Shown here in pieces: positions 36,412 to 45,805 of a stretch of 64,000 nucleotides of DNA. A model generated the notes under the pieces. That model ran no database searches. It was not told the DNA's origin and saw nothing but the letters and a program-made list of their open reading frames with translations. Position 1 is the stretch's first letter; each line of letters begins with the position of its first letter. This stretch comes from Candidatus Niyogibacteria bacterium (GTDB taxonomy: Bacteria > Patescibacteriota > Minisyncoccia > HO2-45-28), in contig JACOYI010000002.1 in NCBI GenBank assembly GCA_016181935.1, forward strand, positions 63,961 to 127,960. Reading direction: 5' to 3'. Made by a program: the position numbers and the translations under genes.

Positions 36412-36424
36412 TGATTATTTGTTT

Positions 36425-37072
36425 CTATTTCGGTAATCCGCAACAGCGAAATCCCACCGGTGGTATTGAAGAGCAAGCCCCGGGCGCCGACACCCACCCA
36501 CCGCCGATGCTTTCGCAGGTTTGGGTGCTGGGAACGGCATTCGTTTGTTGATAATTCCCAGGCGGGCTGGTTTCAGCGCATAGGCCCGGCGTTGGAAGGT
36601 CTGGGCTTCCGCAGTAGGAATTACACTCACTTTCTGTTGCAAAGCTTCTTTCCTCCCCCGTAGGGCACACCCATGTTGTTGTGTCTATTCCCAGCGGTTG
36701 CGGCGGGCGCAACGATACGAGTTCCGGATTAATGGTGTTGAGAATAAGGAACGAAAGAAACGCAAGGATCAATCCGCCGACCGCCGCGGTGATGCGCTTT
36801 TTTGCAGCCTCCACTTGCGGAGGAGAAATGGCTCCGGTCATCCATTGAAAGCCCGCAATAACAATGACAAATACGGAAAGCAGGGTCGCGGCCGCAAGCA
36901 TTAAACGGAAAAGCCACGGCAGAAATTCGATAAAATTATCAAATTGGGGAGCTGGGGGTTGGGCGATCTGGGTGATCGGTTGCGCCTGAACAATGGCGGT
37001 CAAGAGCGAAAAAATGCCCATGGCGGCAAGGATCGTAATAGCGATAAAACAGCGATTATTGAACCGCAACAT
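36425..37072 (-). CDS. Putative T4SS pilin-like protein (VirB2/TrbC-like topology) with a Cys-rich C-terminal extension
   Basis: Signal peptide (…AIVQAQP) followed by two hydrophobic helices, as in TrbC/VirB2 pilins. A ~90-aa tail holds 9 Cys (…CPTGEE…CNSYCGSPD…CAETS…CESIGG…CSSIPPVGFRCCGLPK). Confidence 0.4.
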   Translation of the reverse strand: MLRFNNRCFIAITILAAMGIFSLLTAIVQAQPITQIAQPPAPQFDNFIEFLPWLFRLMLAAATLLSVFVIVIAGFQWMTGAISPPQVEAAKKRITAAVGGLILAFLSFLILNTINPELVSLRPPQPLGIDTTTWVCPTGEERSFATESECNSYCGSPDLPTPGLCAETSPPGNYQQTNAVPSTQTCESIGGGWVSAPGACSSIPPVGFRCCGLPK

Positions 37073-38069
37073 AAAATGATGTTTGGATCTGCTGCAAAAT
37101 ATTCACCGTATTTTGGATTTCGGCGCGGACAGAAACCGTTCCTACTGTTCCCCCCCCGCTTTTCAAACGTAACACCCCGCCCGGAGCCGCTGCAGCCGCT
37201 TGCCCGTCCACAGACCACGAGAAATTCAGCGATTCGCGGTTGTTGAATGTTGAGAAGAAAAAAGGAACTGCGCGGAATTCTTTGTCGTCATTCCGATTCA
37301 TGGAGAACGGCCGCGCCGTGCTTAATGCGCGCGCCGCGCGCACCCCTTCGAGCGGGCGCTCTTCATAAAAAAGGACTTTCGGCGATTCGACGTCAATAAA
37401 AGATGTCTTTGCCGCTGTTATGCTGTTTGATGGAGTTGAGACCTCAACCGCCACTTCATGCACGATCGTGCTGGCCTCTCCCGCTTGGAACGCAAATGTC
37501 TGTCTGCCTGCGCCCGAAAGCGCCTTATTGAATTTTCCGTCGAGCGTCCACTCGTAGATAAGCTGGGAGGCGGGAATTTCCCGACCTCCGCTTACGAGAT
37601 GCGGAATGGCGCTCACGATAACACGGGAGCGCGGGGACGCCAAACGCTTTCCTGCGTACCACGGGGGCGCGGTGGTTTGGGCGCGCCAAAGAAGGTCAAT
37701 ATCGCCGATACGGAACGACAGAGAGGCCTCGCGCGTTTTGCCGTCGGGCGCCGTTGCGACCGCGCGAAGGGCCTCTTCCGAGCCAGTGCCGCGCGCGGAG
37801 AATGTATAGGTGCGGAGCCCTGCGCCGTCCGCGACGCGCTGCCCGTTCCGGAACCACTGGATGCGCGCGCTTTGCAGGTCAACGGAAAAGCCGGTGAGCG
37901 TAGCGGTTACGGATTGGTTGGGGCCCGGGTGCTCGGGGAATAGGTTGATCGTGAGCGTGTTGAATCCGGTTTGCTGGGGAAGCGCCAATTGCGCGTGCGC
38001 TGATGCGGCGGCCAACCAGAGACCGGCCATGATCACGACAGCATACAAAATAAATGGAAGACGGTTCAT
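37056..38069 (-). CDS. Hypothetical secreted protein
   Basis: Signal peptide (…LWLAAASAHAQ). 337 aa with no recognizable domain. Start and stop overlap the neighbouring genes. Confidence 0.4.
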   Translation of the reverse strand: MNRLPFILYAVVIMAGLWLAAASAHAQLALPQQTGFNTLTINLFPEHPGPNQSVTATLTGFSVDLQSARIQWFRNGQRVADGAGLRTYTFSARGTGSEEALRAVATAPDGKTREASLSFRIGDIDLLWRAQTTAPPWYAGKRLASPRSRVIVSAIPHLVSGGREIPASQLIYEWTLDGKFNKALSGAGRQTFAFQAGEASTIVHEVAVEVSTPSNSITAAKTSFIDVESPKVLFYEERPLEGVRAARALSTARPFSMNRNDDKEFRAVPFFFSTFNNRESLNFSWSVDGQAAAAAPGGVLRLKSGGGTVGTVSVRAEIQNTVNILQQIQTSFYVAVQ

Positions 38070-38482
38070 GATTTGCGGTTATCGTGAATGATCCAGAGAA
38101 CCATCAGCGTATAGGTGGGGATAAGATCGCCGAAGGGAATGATCTCTATAGCGCCCGTAAGACCCCAGAACGGCGGTCGGCGCAATCCTTGGGAATAGAC
38201 CCAAAGCAGGATGATCCCCCACGTGGCGCCATCCAGAATGTCGCCGACAACGGGAATGGAGCCGATAATAAAATAGTCCAGCGTATCGTTGATCATGGCG
38301 ACCGCGAGCACGAGGTTAGCGATGAACATGTTCATACTTACTTGGCGCGCGGGAGCGGTCTCGTCGCCGGCGTCTTCCGGTCCTTCTTCGGCCTCTTCTT
38401 CATTTGCGAGCTTCGCTTGCCGCGCTTGGGCAAGCTCGAAGGCGCGCATCTCTTCGTCGATCGCTATCGTTCCGTTTGGCAT
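38066..38482 (-). CDS. Hypothetical membrane protein
   Basis: 138 aa with an acidic N-terminus and 3 predicted TM helices. Overlapping stop/start junctions tie it into the operon. Confidence 0.4.
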   Translation of the reverse strand: MPNGTIAIDEEMRAFELAQARQAKLANEEEAEEGPEDAGDETAPARQVSMNMFIANLVLAVAMINDTLDYFIIGSIPVVGDILDGATWGIILLWVYSQGLRRPPFWGLTGAIEIIPFGDLIPTYTLMVLWIIHDNRKS

Positions 38483-38485
38483 GGT

Positions 38486-40306
38486 TTAAGGATTGGTCGC
38501 CGCATATTCTTCTTTTGCCTGCTTGATCGCCGCAAGCTGGCTCGGGTCGGATGTGATGATCTGGTCTTCGGTATACGAACCGATGATCTTGATGGCCACG
38601 TGTTTAAGGCCGGCAAAAAACAACCCCTCTCCCACATCGGATTCCAAGATCAGGAATTTTTCCTCGTCCGTCAGATTGAATGTTTTTTGCACCTCATCAA
38701 TGGTCGCGGGCGACTGTTTGAGCAGGAGTTGGATCGAGGAATTCGTGATGATGGGAATGCCGTAGGGTGATTTCAAAAAATCGCCGACGTCCTGCGTGAT
38801 GGTGCAGACACCCAAGAAATATTTGCGCGCGCGCTTTGCGATGCCAAAAAGGAATGACGCCCCGTCTTCGCGCTTCATGATCCACCATGCCTCGTCGATC
38901 ACCAACAGGCGTTTTTTGATCTCTTTGCGGATCGCCGCCCAGATGTAATTGATGATGAGATACATCGCGACGGGCCGCAGTTCGTCCTCCATGTCGCGCA
39001 CCGAGAATACGATGAATTTTTTATTGATATCCACGTTGGTCGGCTGGTTGATGAATCCGGCCCACGTGCCCGACGTGTATTTATGAAGCCGTCCCGCGAG
39101 CGATTCCCCGCCCTCCATGTTGGCGAGCACCAATTCCAGATCCGAAAGGATGGGCGGTATCTTGCCCGTAAAATCCGTATTCGGCGTGATGTCACGCGAT
39201 GCGTACGTTTCGGTAATGGCGCGGTCCAGAACCGCATCTTCTTCGGGTGTAAGGCCGCCCAACATGATGCGGAAGAGCCCCACCAGATTGATGATGGTGG
39301 AACGAAGCACGTCCGTCGGGTCTTCGTCCTCGCGCGGAACCGGAAGTTCGAACGGGTTGATGTGGTGCGGGGAATTCAACGAGATATTGAAATAGCGGCC
39401 GTCCACGGCTTCCGCCAAGTGTTCATATTCGCGCTCAGGATCAATGACGATGACCTCGGTGTCGAACATCAAACTTCGCAAAATTTCGAGCTTGGTCGTG
39501 TAACTTTTACCCGAACCGCTTTTCGCAAAGATCACCGAATTGTAGTTTTCGAGCGAGAATCTGTCGAACAGGACCAAGCTGTTATTATGGCGGTTGACGC
39601 CGTAGAGAATTCCTTTATTGGACGTGAGATCGAATGAAACGAACGGGAAAATAGAAGAAACCGGTGAGGAATTCAGGCGGTTGGTGACTCCCAAACGATC
39701 CCTGCCCAGCGGGAACACCGTTAAGAGCCCTTCGGATTGCTGAAAAAGCGCGGGTTTTGCATACACGAGTTTGGATTGGAGCATGGAACGGATCTCAGAT
39801 TCCTCGCGGTCGAGTTCTTCGATCGAATCCGAATAAATCGTGATGTAAAAACCGAACGAAAAAAGCCGTTCTTGCGCCTGTTGGAGTTTGTCGCGCAAGT
39901 CCTCCAGATTTTGATAGGCGGCGTCGAGCATCGGGTCGCGGACCAGCCCTTTTTCCTCGCGGTCATGGATCTGCGACTGGACCTCCGCCACCTTCTTTTG
40001 GAGCTGACGCAGGACGGTTGCCGTATCGATCGGGTGGATATAGAGCGAGATATCGAATACCTTATCGAGATTGATGACGGGACTGAACCAATTGATGGAT
40101 AAGAATCGCGGGTAGGAAAAAACAAAAAGCGTTCGCGCGACTTTTTCGCCGAGTTTGACGTGATTGGCCGTGATCTCAAGCGCGGAGGGCGCGATCACGT
40201 CTTTTAATTCAAGGCGCGCGGCCTCGTAAATTTGTTCGGGCTGGATGGAGATGATCTCCTCCTCCGTTCCCGTTTTTTTCTTTTTAAATAGATCGTGTAA
40301 TGCCAT
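38486..40306 (-). CDS. virB4: VirB4/TrbE/CagE-family type IV secretion ATPase (ATPase body)
   Basis: Walker A VIFAKSGSGKSYTTK, Walker B LLVIDEAWWIM and a DUF87/AAA-like fold. The start was chosen at MALHDLFKKKK so that the upstream ORF ends just before it. Confidence 0.8.
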   Translation of the reverse strand: MALHDLFKKKKTGTEEEIISIQPEQIYEAARLELKDVIAPSALEITANHVKLGEKVARTLFVFSYPRFLSINWFSPVINLDKVFDISLYIHPIDTATVLRQLQKKVAEVQSQIHDREEKGLVRDPMLDAAYQNLEDLRDKLQQAQERLFSFGFYITIYSDSIEELDREESEIRSMLQSKLVYAKPALFQQSEGLLTVFPLGRDRLGVTNRLNSSPVSSIFPFVSFDLTSNKGILYGVNRHNNSLVLFDRFSLENYNSVIFAKSGSGKSYTTKLEILRSLMFDTEVIVIDPEREYEHLAEAVDGRYFNISLNSPHHINPFELPVPREDEDPTDVLRSTIINLVGLFRIMLGGLTPEEDAVLDRAITETYASRDITPNTDFTGKIPPILSDLELVLANMEGGESLAGRLHKYTSGTWAGFINQPTNVDINKKFIVFSVRDMEDELRPVAMYLIINYIWAAIRKEIKKRLLVIDEAWWIMKREDGASFLFGIAKRARKYFLGVCTITQDVGDFLKSPYGIPIITNSSIQLLLKQSPATIDEVQKTFNLTDEEKFLILESDVGEGLFFAGLKHVAIKIIGSYTEDQIITSDPSQLAAIKQAKEEYAATNP

Positions 40307-40311
40307 AACGA

Positions 40312-40959
40312 CTATGTTCTCATTTGGGGCGCTCGCCCTTTTTCTAATTCTCCGGGATTGAAATAGCCGTAAAAAAGTTCGACCAATTCCTCGGTATTCA
40401 ACGGCACTGTGCGTACGCCCGTGGACGCGAGCGCACCCGAAACCGTCTCGACTCTCTGCCATAGCTGGGAGCGGTATTCCTCGAATTTTGCATCATCAAA
40501 GCGCTTGGCGTCCGCCGGTTTCCCCCCGAACATTCCGCGCACCCCCTTTCCGATCTCGATCGCCGGCGGCGCGAACGAGACCACGATATAGAAATTTTTC
40601 GTGACGATCTTGGTGGTTTGGACGAATGTGCGGACGAACTCGATATATTCGCGCGTCTGGATCTTTAAGAGATCATTCGACTGCGCCCGCTCGGCTTCGC
40701 GGAGAGTTTCAAGGTAGGGCTCGATGTTCAAGTGGCGCGATTGGATGATGATCTCGACCGAAAAATCAAGCGCGTTCAAAAAGTTCTGGTATTGCGCCGT
40801 GATCGCCTCCTGTTCGTCGGCCGAACGCAGGCCAAAATTGAGCGCAGAGGCCATCAGCACCATGTGCATGTGATGATCGTCCGTGATCATCACGCCGTCG
40901 CGGATCTCGCGAATCGGGACGAATTCCTGCGCCGCTTTTCCTTTGGTGGGATTGGGCAT
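40312..40959 (-). CDS. VirB4 N-terminal-domain-like protein (split VirB4?)
   Basis: EFVPIREIRDGVMITDDHHMHMVLMASALNFGLRSADEQEAITAQYQNFLNAL resembles the N-termini of Gram-positive conjugative VirB4 homologs. Summed with the ATPase ORF the length is about 820 aa. Confidence 0.45.
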   Translation of the reverse strand: MPNPTKGKAAQEFVPIREIRDGVMITDDHHMHMVLMASALNFGLRSADEQEAITAQYQNFLNALDFSVEIIIQSRHLNIEPYLETLREAERAQSNDLLKIQTREYIEFVRTFVQTTKIVTKNFYIVVSFAPPAIEIGKGVRGMFGGKPADAKRFDDAKFEEYRSQLWQRVETVSGALASTGVRTVPLNTEELVELFYGYFNPGELEKGRAPQMRT

Positions 40960-40962
40960 ACC

Positions 40963-41367
40963 CTATTTTACCTTTTCTTTAACATCCAAACTCCATGCCA
41001 GGTCTTTTAATTTGCCTCTCGTAACCTTGGGAACTTCAAGCTTTGGACCTTCGGTCTTCGCGCCCGCCGGTTTCTCCGATTCCGTCTCGCCTCTTTTCCA
41101 AATGTAGAGCCGAGAGCCGAGGTAATAAGAGATCGCATTGCCAACGACTTTGATGAAGGGTTGGTTGTTTATCTTGTAAAAGGCAAGCGCCAATGCGAAT
41201 CCCGCGACCGGAAGTCCGAACAAAATGACGAGAAAAAACGGGAGAAAAACATACAAAATGAATACGGACGCGGCACCCCCCAGCAGATACACGAACTGCT
41301 TGAGCGTAAGCGGCCCGAAAATTTTATCCTCGACATCAATGAATTGGGGAACGTCGAATTGTCTCAT
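40963..41367 (-). CDS. PrgI/VirB3-like small membrane protein
   Basis: MRQFDVPQFIDVEDKIFGPLTLKQFVYLLGG followed by 2 TM helices. This is the PrgI-family pattern and the gene sits immediately upstream of VirB4. Confidence 0.5.
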   Translation of the reverse strand: MRQFDVPQFIDVEDKIFGPLTLKQFVYLLGGAASVFILYVFLPFFLVILFGLPVAGFALALAFYKINNQPFIKVVGNAISYYLGSRLYIWKRGETESEKPAGAKTEGPKLEVPKVTRGKLKDLAWSLDVKEKVK

Positions 41368-41927
41368 GAAATAGGTTCGCGATATGGATCCTTATTGCCC
41401 GGATAGGTTTTTTGCTCGCGCGCTTCGGATAATTCTTTTTGGGCGGAAAACACTTTTTCCTGAAGTTTGGACTCGAAGGGTGATGGCATTGGCGCGGGTG
41501 CCGGTTGTCCCAAAGGGTAGTCCTTAGGAGCGCTCAAAGGACTACCCTTTGGGAGTTCTGCGGCTGGCGGTCTGCTGACCGGCGGAGGCACGGGAATCAC
41601 GTGATCTTCTTCCATTGTGTGGACGCGGCGCAAAGAAGCGCGGATTTTTGAGAAAATGCGAACGTTTAAATCCTCGGTAATACCTTTGGAGATTTCCTCG
41701 GAAACACCGAGATTGCGCTGAAGTTTTCCAATAAAATGTTCCGGCTTAGTAAAACCGAGCATGAAATAACCGGTTTCATCCGCAAGAACCCCAATTTTAT
41801 CAACCGCGAGCCGATGTTTTTTCCCGATCATCCGAATTGCTTCCGCGGTATCCATACTGAAAATGGCATCCTTTAATTCTTGCGGAAGCCGTTGGAAGCG
41901 CTGTTGGATTTCTGTTGGCGTTGGCAT
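41364..41927 (-). CDS. Hypothetical protein (Pro-rich C-terminal half)
   Basis: 187 aa within the operon and overlapping its neighbours. No recognizable domain. Confidence 0.4.
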   Translation of the reverse strand: MPTPTEIQQRFQRLPQELKDAIFSMDTAEAIRMIGKKHRLAVDKIGVLADETGYFMLGFTKPEHFIGKLQRNLGVSEEISKGITEDLNVRIFSKIRASLRRVHTMEEDHVIPVPPPVSRPPAAELPKGSPLSAPKDYPLGQPAPAPMPSPFESKLQEKVFSAQKELSEAREQKTYPGNKDPYREPIS

Positions 41928-41945
41928 GGTTATTTCATTATATCG

Positions 41946-44309
41946 CTATATGGCAGGTCCGCGGGGCGGAATGCGCGTGTACGGCCCCGCAATCTCAATG
42001 GTCGGTTTCTCGAGGGGCTGCTGTGACTCGGTCGAAATGCCGGCCTCTTTTAATTCATCGCGGTAGGCGCCGCCGCGAACGCTGGCCGCAAGCGCTGGAT
42101 TTCCTGCCCTAGCAATGGAATCTGCCAGCTCATCCGTGGTTTTCCCGAGCGTTTTAAACGCCTCAATCATTTTTTCTGCCGCATCCCCTCCTTCCTCAAA
42201 AACACCTTTCACTGTTTTTCGGCTCAACTGTTTTACGACTTCTTCGGCGCGCGCCGGGTTTTTCATATCCGCGACAGTTGCCGAGCTGAAAACAGTTTGT
42301 TTTTCAATAGAGATGCCCGCCGCTTCCAAAATCGGCCGGCCGGCATTGCTGCGGAACCATCCGGCAAGCGTTGTATTGCCGACCTCTTCCAGCCCGTTCG
42401 CAACGTCATCCATGGTTGTTCCCATAGAGCGCAATCCCGCCGCTAATGCTTTAGCCGCATCTCCGCCCTCGTTTATGATATCTACAAGGAGTTTCGGGCT
42501 GGTAACGCCCCTAAAGACCTCCTGCGCGTAGGCTTTGTTTTTCAAGTCTTCCGCCGTCGCGTATTGGAATTCGAGCGCATCTGCGTCTTTTGTGCTGATG
42601 CCGTAATCGCGCATGTATCTCTTGTTTTGTTCGATGGCGCTGCGTGTGAACCCAATGCTTTCATCGAGTTTCAAATCTCTTCGTTTAGCAAGAATGTCCA
42701 TGATAGCCGCTTTTGTGGCGGGATCGAATGACGAGCGAAGCATATCTTTTAATTCATCTGTCGAGCGCTTGTTCAATTTTTCTTCCCGATCCAGAACAGC
42801 TTTTTTGTGTTCATTAAGGACCACATTTGCGCCGCGCTGGACAAGGCCCCCGCCGAGCCATTTTGCTGCGGGCTTGCGAAGTTGTCGCGCGAGCCACGGG
42901 GCCTCGATTTTTTGCCCGCCGAACATCTTTTCCTTGCCAACCGCCTTTTCCGCGAGTAGGCTACTCCCCGCAAGCGTCACGCGGCGCAACCCGTGCCGCC
43001 ACGCAACTCCGGGGGCTGCGCGCGTATATCCGCGCAGGCGCCCGATCGCTTTATCTGCGATGGAAGCGGACACCCCGCCCATTTTTTTGGCAAATCCTAG
43101 GGCAAAGAGGAGCATCATCACGAGCAGGATGTAATACATGACGAGCTGGAAATTCGAAATGAAGGATTTGTTCACGGAAGGATCAGCTCCCATGGTAAGT
43201 CGAACAAAGGGGTTCGCGATCATATTGACGGTGATGGAGAAGAAAAAGAAAAACCCAACGGGCCAGAGCGCGTTCGATACGAGTTTTGAGAGCCATTCGC
43301 GCGCATAGCTCTGGAGCGCGGGCAGGGTCCAGAAGAAAAAGGCGATGGGAGAGGCGATCATCAAAAACCAGAGCATGACAATGCGGACAAGAAGCATGAT
43401 GGCGACCGTAAAGAGAACAAAGGTGGCGACCGCAAGAAAAATAATAACGCCGATCATGGAGACGATGACTTGGGTGAATAGGCCTTCGGCGCCCTTCTCG
43501 AGACCTTGTTGTTGGGCAAGGAGTTGATTTTCCACGCCTTTTAAAGTTTCCAAATAGCCTTGTTGTTCTGGGGTAAGATCTCCTCCAAATGCATGCGTTC
43601 CCGTTGTTTTCCCGATTTCCTCTTGAACCGCTTTTAGGCTCGCATTTACCGCCGCCAATGAATCCGCATTGTTGTTTTCAAACGACGCAAAAAGGATATT
43701 CGGATTGACGCCCGTCACGAATTTTGCGGAAAAGGACGGCGTTGTCGCGCCCGTTCCGATCCCCGGCACAAAAAGCCGCGCGAAAAGATTCGATGATATG
43801 ATGATGTATTGCGTGAGCGCAAAGGAAAAATTAATGAAAAGCGCAACGATGATGAGACGGGCGAGCAGCCGTTTTGCGCCGTATGCTTCGAATTGGAGAA
43901 TGGTCGCGATGGCAATGACCAAAAGAACGAAAATGAAAAAAAGATTGACGGTATCGCGCGCGACAACCCACCCGGCATAGATTGCCGGCACTTGATACAT
44001 ATCGGGATTGAGCGTGAAAGCAATGACCGTATCAATAAGATTGCCGGCCAAGATAAAAAGCTGACTGACGGCCTGAAGAACGAAATAAACGAGCCACGCG
44101 AGCCACGATCCGACGCAGATGCCAAAAATATTCTCGCAGTGCGTGATCTGCGTGATGATGTTCGTGGCATCCGAGCGCGTTCCCTGCGCCAGGGCGTCGG
44201 ATAGCGGCAATAACACAAATATGCCGAGCGCGAGCACGAACACCGCTATATACAGAAACGACAATCGGAGCGGAAAAAGCTTTTTCATGAATATTAGAGC
44301 GCCTGACAT
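41946..44309 (-). CDS. VirB6/TrbL-like polytopic membrane protein with a C-terminal repeat domain
   Basis: About 400 aa of multi-TM region, then a ~350-aa hydrophilic tail with reiterated motifs (EGGDAAKA…, EAAGISIEKQ, KEAGISTESQ, DYGISTKDAD). Confidence 0.5.
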   Translation of the reverse strand: MSGALIFMKKLFPLRLSFLYIAVFVLALGIFVLLPLSDALAQGTRSDATNIITQITHCENIFGICVGSWLAWLVYFVLQAVSQLFILAGNLIDTVIAFTLNPDMYQVPAIYAGWVVARDTVNLFFIFVLLVIAIATILQFEAYGAKRLLARLIIVALFINFSFALTQYIIISSNLFARLFVPGIGTGATTPSFSAKFVTGVNPNILFASFENNNADSLAAVNASLKAVQEEIGKTTGTHAFGGDLTPEQQGYLETLKGVENQLLAQQQGLEKGAEGLFTQVIVSMIGVIIFLAVATFVLFTVAIMLLVRIVMLWFLMIASPIAFFFWTLPALQSYAREWLSKLVSNALWPVGFFFFFSITVNMIANPFVRLTMGADPSVNKSFISNFQLVMYYILLVMMLLFALGFAKKMGGVSASIADKAIGRLRGYTRAAPGVAWRHGLRRVTLAGSSLLAEKAVGKEKMFGGQKIEAPWLARQLRKPAAKWLGGGLVQRGANVVLNEHKKAVLDREEKLNKRSTDELKDMLRSSFDPATKAAIMDILAKRRDLKLDESIGFTRSAIEQNKRYMRDYGISTKDADALEFQYATAEDLKNKAYAQEVFRGVTSPKLLVDIINEGGDAAKALAAGLRSMGTTMDDVANGLEEVGNTTLAGWFRSNAGRPILEAAGISIEKQTVFSSATVADMKNPARAEEVVKQLSRKTVKGVFEEGGDAAEKMIEAFKTLGKTTDELADSIARAGNPALAASVRGGAYRDELKEAGISTESQQPLEKPTIEIAGPYTRIPPRGPAI

Positions 44310-45805
44310 GCGGTAATGGATGCGTTGTAATCCGCAAGCGCCGCCTGTAGCGCTGTCGTTGCATTTTCGGCCTCGGCAAGCGCGTCTTCGCCGATCGAGC
44401 TCGCGATGGTCGTTGCGGTTTCGGCTTCAAGTTCATCCATATTGCTCAACTTGCTTTCCGTAAGGATCCGGCTTTGAAGCACGGTCAGAGCTTGCGTACG
44501 CGTTCGCGAGCGCTGAATATCAGCGACAACAATTTGCAATTGCGCCGTGTAGGTATCGGTATCCGTTTGGAGGTCTTGACCGCTACAGGCCTCGAGCGTC
44601 TCGATCTGCGTAAGGATCGTTTGAATGGTGTTGAGAGAGGTTTGCTTTTCGTTCCTGTAGTCATTTTCACGCGCCAGCACCGGATTGAGATCTGCGAGCA
44701 GAGTCGTGCGGCGCGCCTGTAATTCTTGGAAATTCGCCTGCTCTTCTTCAAAGCTCGGGGAATCGCTCAATCCCTCGATCAGCGGCTTTACGATCAATTG
44801 GCCGACCAAGGCGGATATAATGGCGTTGATGGATTCTGCGAGATACAGCTCATTCATTTGCGCCTGCGTATTCGCGTTAAACATACCGACAATGGCGGCG
44901 CCCGGCGTTTTGTTTTCGTATTTCGCGCAACCGAATTCCTCGCTACGCTCATAAATAGGGATTTGATTGAACGGATTATTGGGGTCGGGTTCCATGCCGA
45001 CGCGTCCCTTGTTGTATTCAACGCACTCTTTGAACGCGAAGAATCCTTGGCTTGCCTGTGCTTCGTCACGATTTGCTTCAAATGTCGAAAGCGCCTGCGC
45101 ATGGAGTTGGTCCCAACGTACAAGAAAACTTCCGAATGCGTTATTGTTCACGTTCGCCGTAATGGTGATAAAAGACGCCCATCCGCCGGTAAGGAAGTTT
45201 TGATACATTTCGGTTACGTTTTCGACGATATCGGAAATCGTACAGCGCGGCCGCGGCACGCGGAATTCAAAAAGGTTGAGAATGATTTCGATCCGGAATG
45301 GACTGCAAACGGCATCCAATTGATCCGGCGTGAGCAAGCTTTCCAAAAAATAGCCGGAGGCGGTGTCAGCCGCATTCAGGGCGGATGTTCGGAAATCCTG
45401 AACAAACAGCGGTCCGCCTTCCGGAAATCCTGAATTGATCCAATTCACAATGTCGCCGGTCATCTCGACAATAATTGCGCGAAGGATGCTTTTGCCAAGA
45501 ACCTCAAAAATGTCCTTTCTCGCGCATTCTTCCCAGTCGAAAAGGTTGTAAACACAAATCGCGAGCAACGCTCCGATCGCTGCGCCCGCGAATTCCTCGG
45601 GATGTTCGGCTATCGCGTCTGCGGCTTCATTGGCGATGGCGAAGGCAATATCCGGACTTCCGCCAAAAGGACTCATAATAGTGATAAGATCGCCGAGTCC
45701 GCCATCCCCGAGCTGCGCATAAGCGGTTTTTGGCGCAAAAGCGCTCGGGATGAGCCCCACGAGCATTGTGATCAAGAGAAGGGCGGCAATAAATTTTCGC
45801 GTCAT
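44294..45805 (-). CDS. Hypothetical secreted protein with a C-terminal coiled coil
   Basis: Signal peptide (…LIPSAFAPKTAYAQ). 503 aa; the C-terminal 150 aa are coiled-coil-like. Second gene of the operon. Confidence 0.4.
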   Translation of the reverse strand: MTRKFIAALLLITMLVGLIPSAFAPKTAYAQLGDGGLGDLITIMSPFGGSPDIAFAIANEAADAIAEHPEEFAGAAIGALLAICVYNLFDWEECARKDIFEVLGKSILRAIIVEMTGDIVNWINSGFPEGGPLFVQDFRTSALNAADTASGYFLESLLTPDQLDAVCSPFRIEIILNLFEFRVPRPRCTISDIVENVTEMYQNFLTGGWASFITITANVNNNAFGSFLVRWDQLHAQALSTFEANRDEAQASQGFFAFKECVEYNKGRVGMEPDPNNPFNQIPIYERSEEFGCAKYENKTPGAAIVGMFNANTQAQMNELYLAESINAIISALVGQLIVKPLIEGLSDSPSFEEEQANFQELQARRTTLLADLNPVLARENDYRNEKQTSLNTIQTILTQIETLEACSGQDLQTDTDTYTAQLQIVVADIQRSRTRTQALTVLQSRILTESKLSNMDELEAETATTIASSIGEDALAEAENATTALQAALADYNASITACQAL

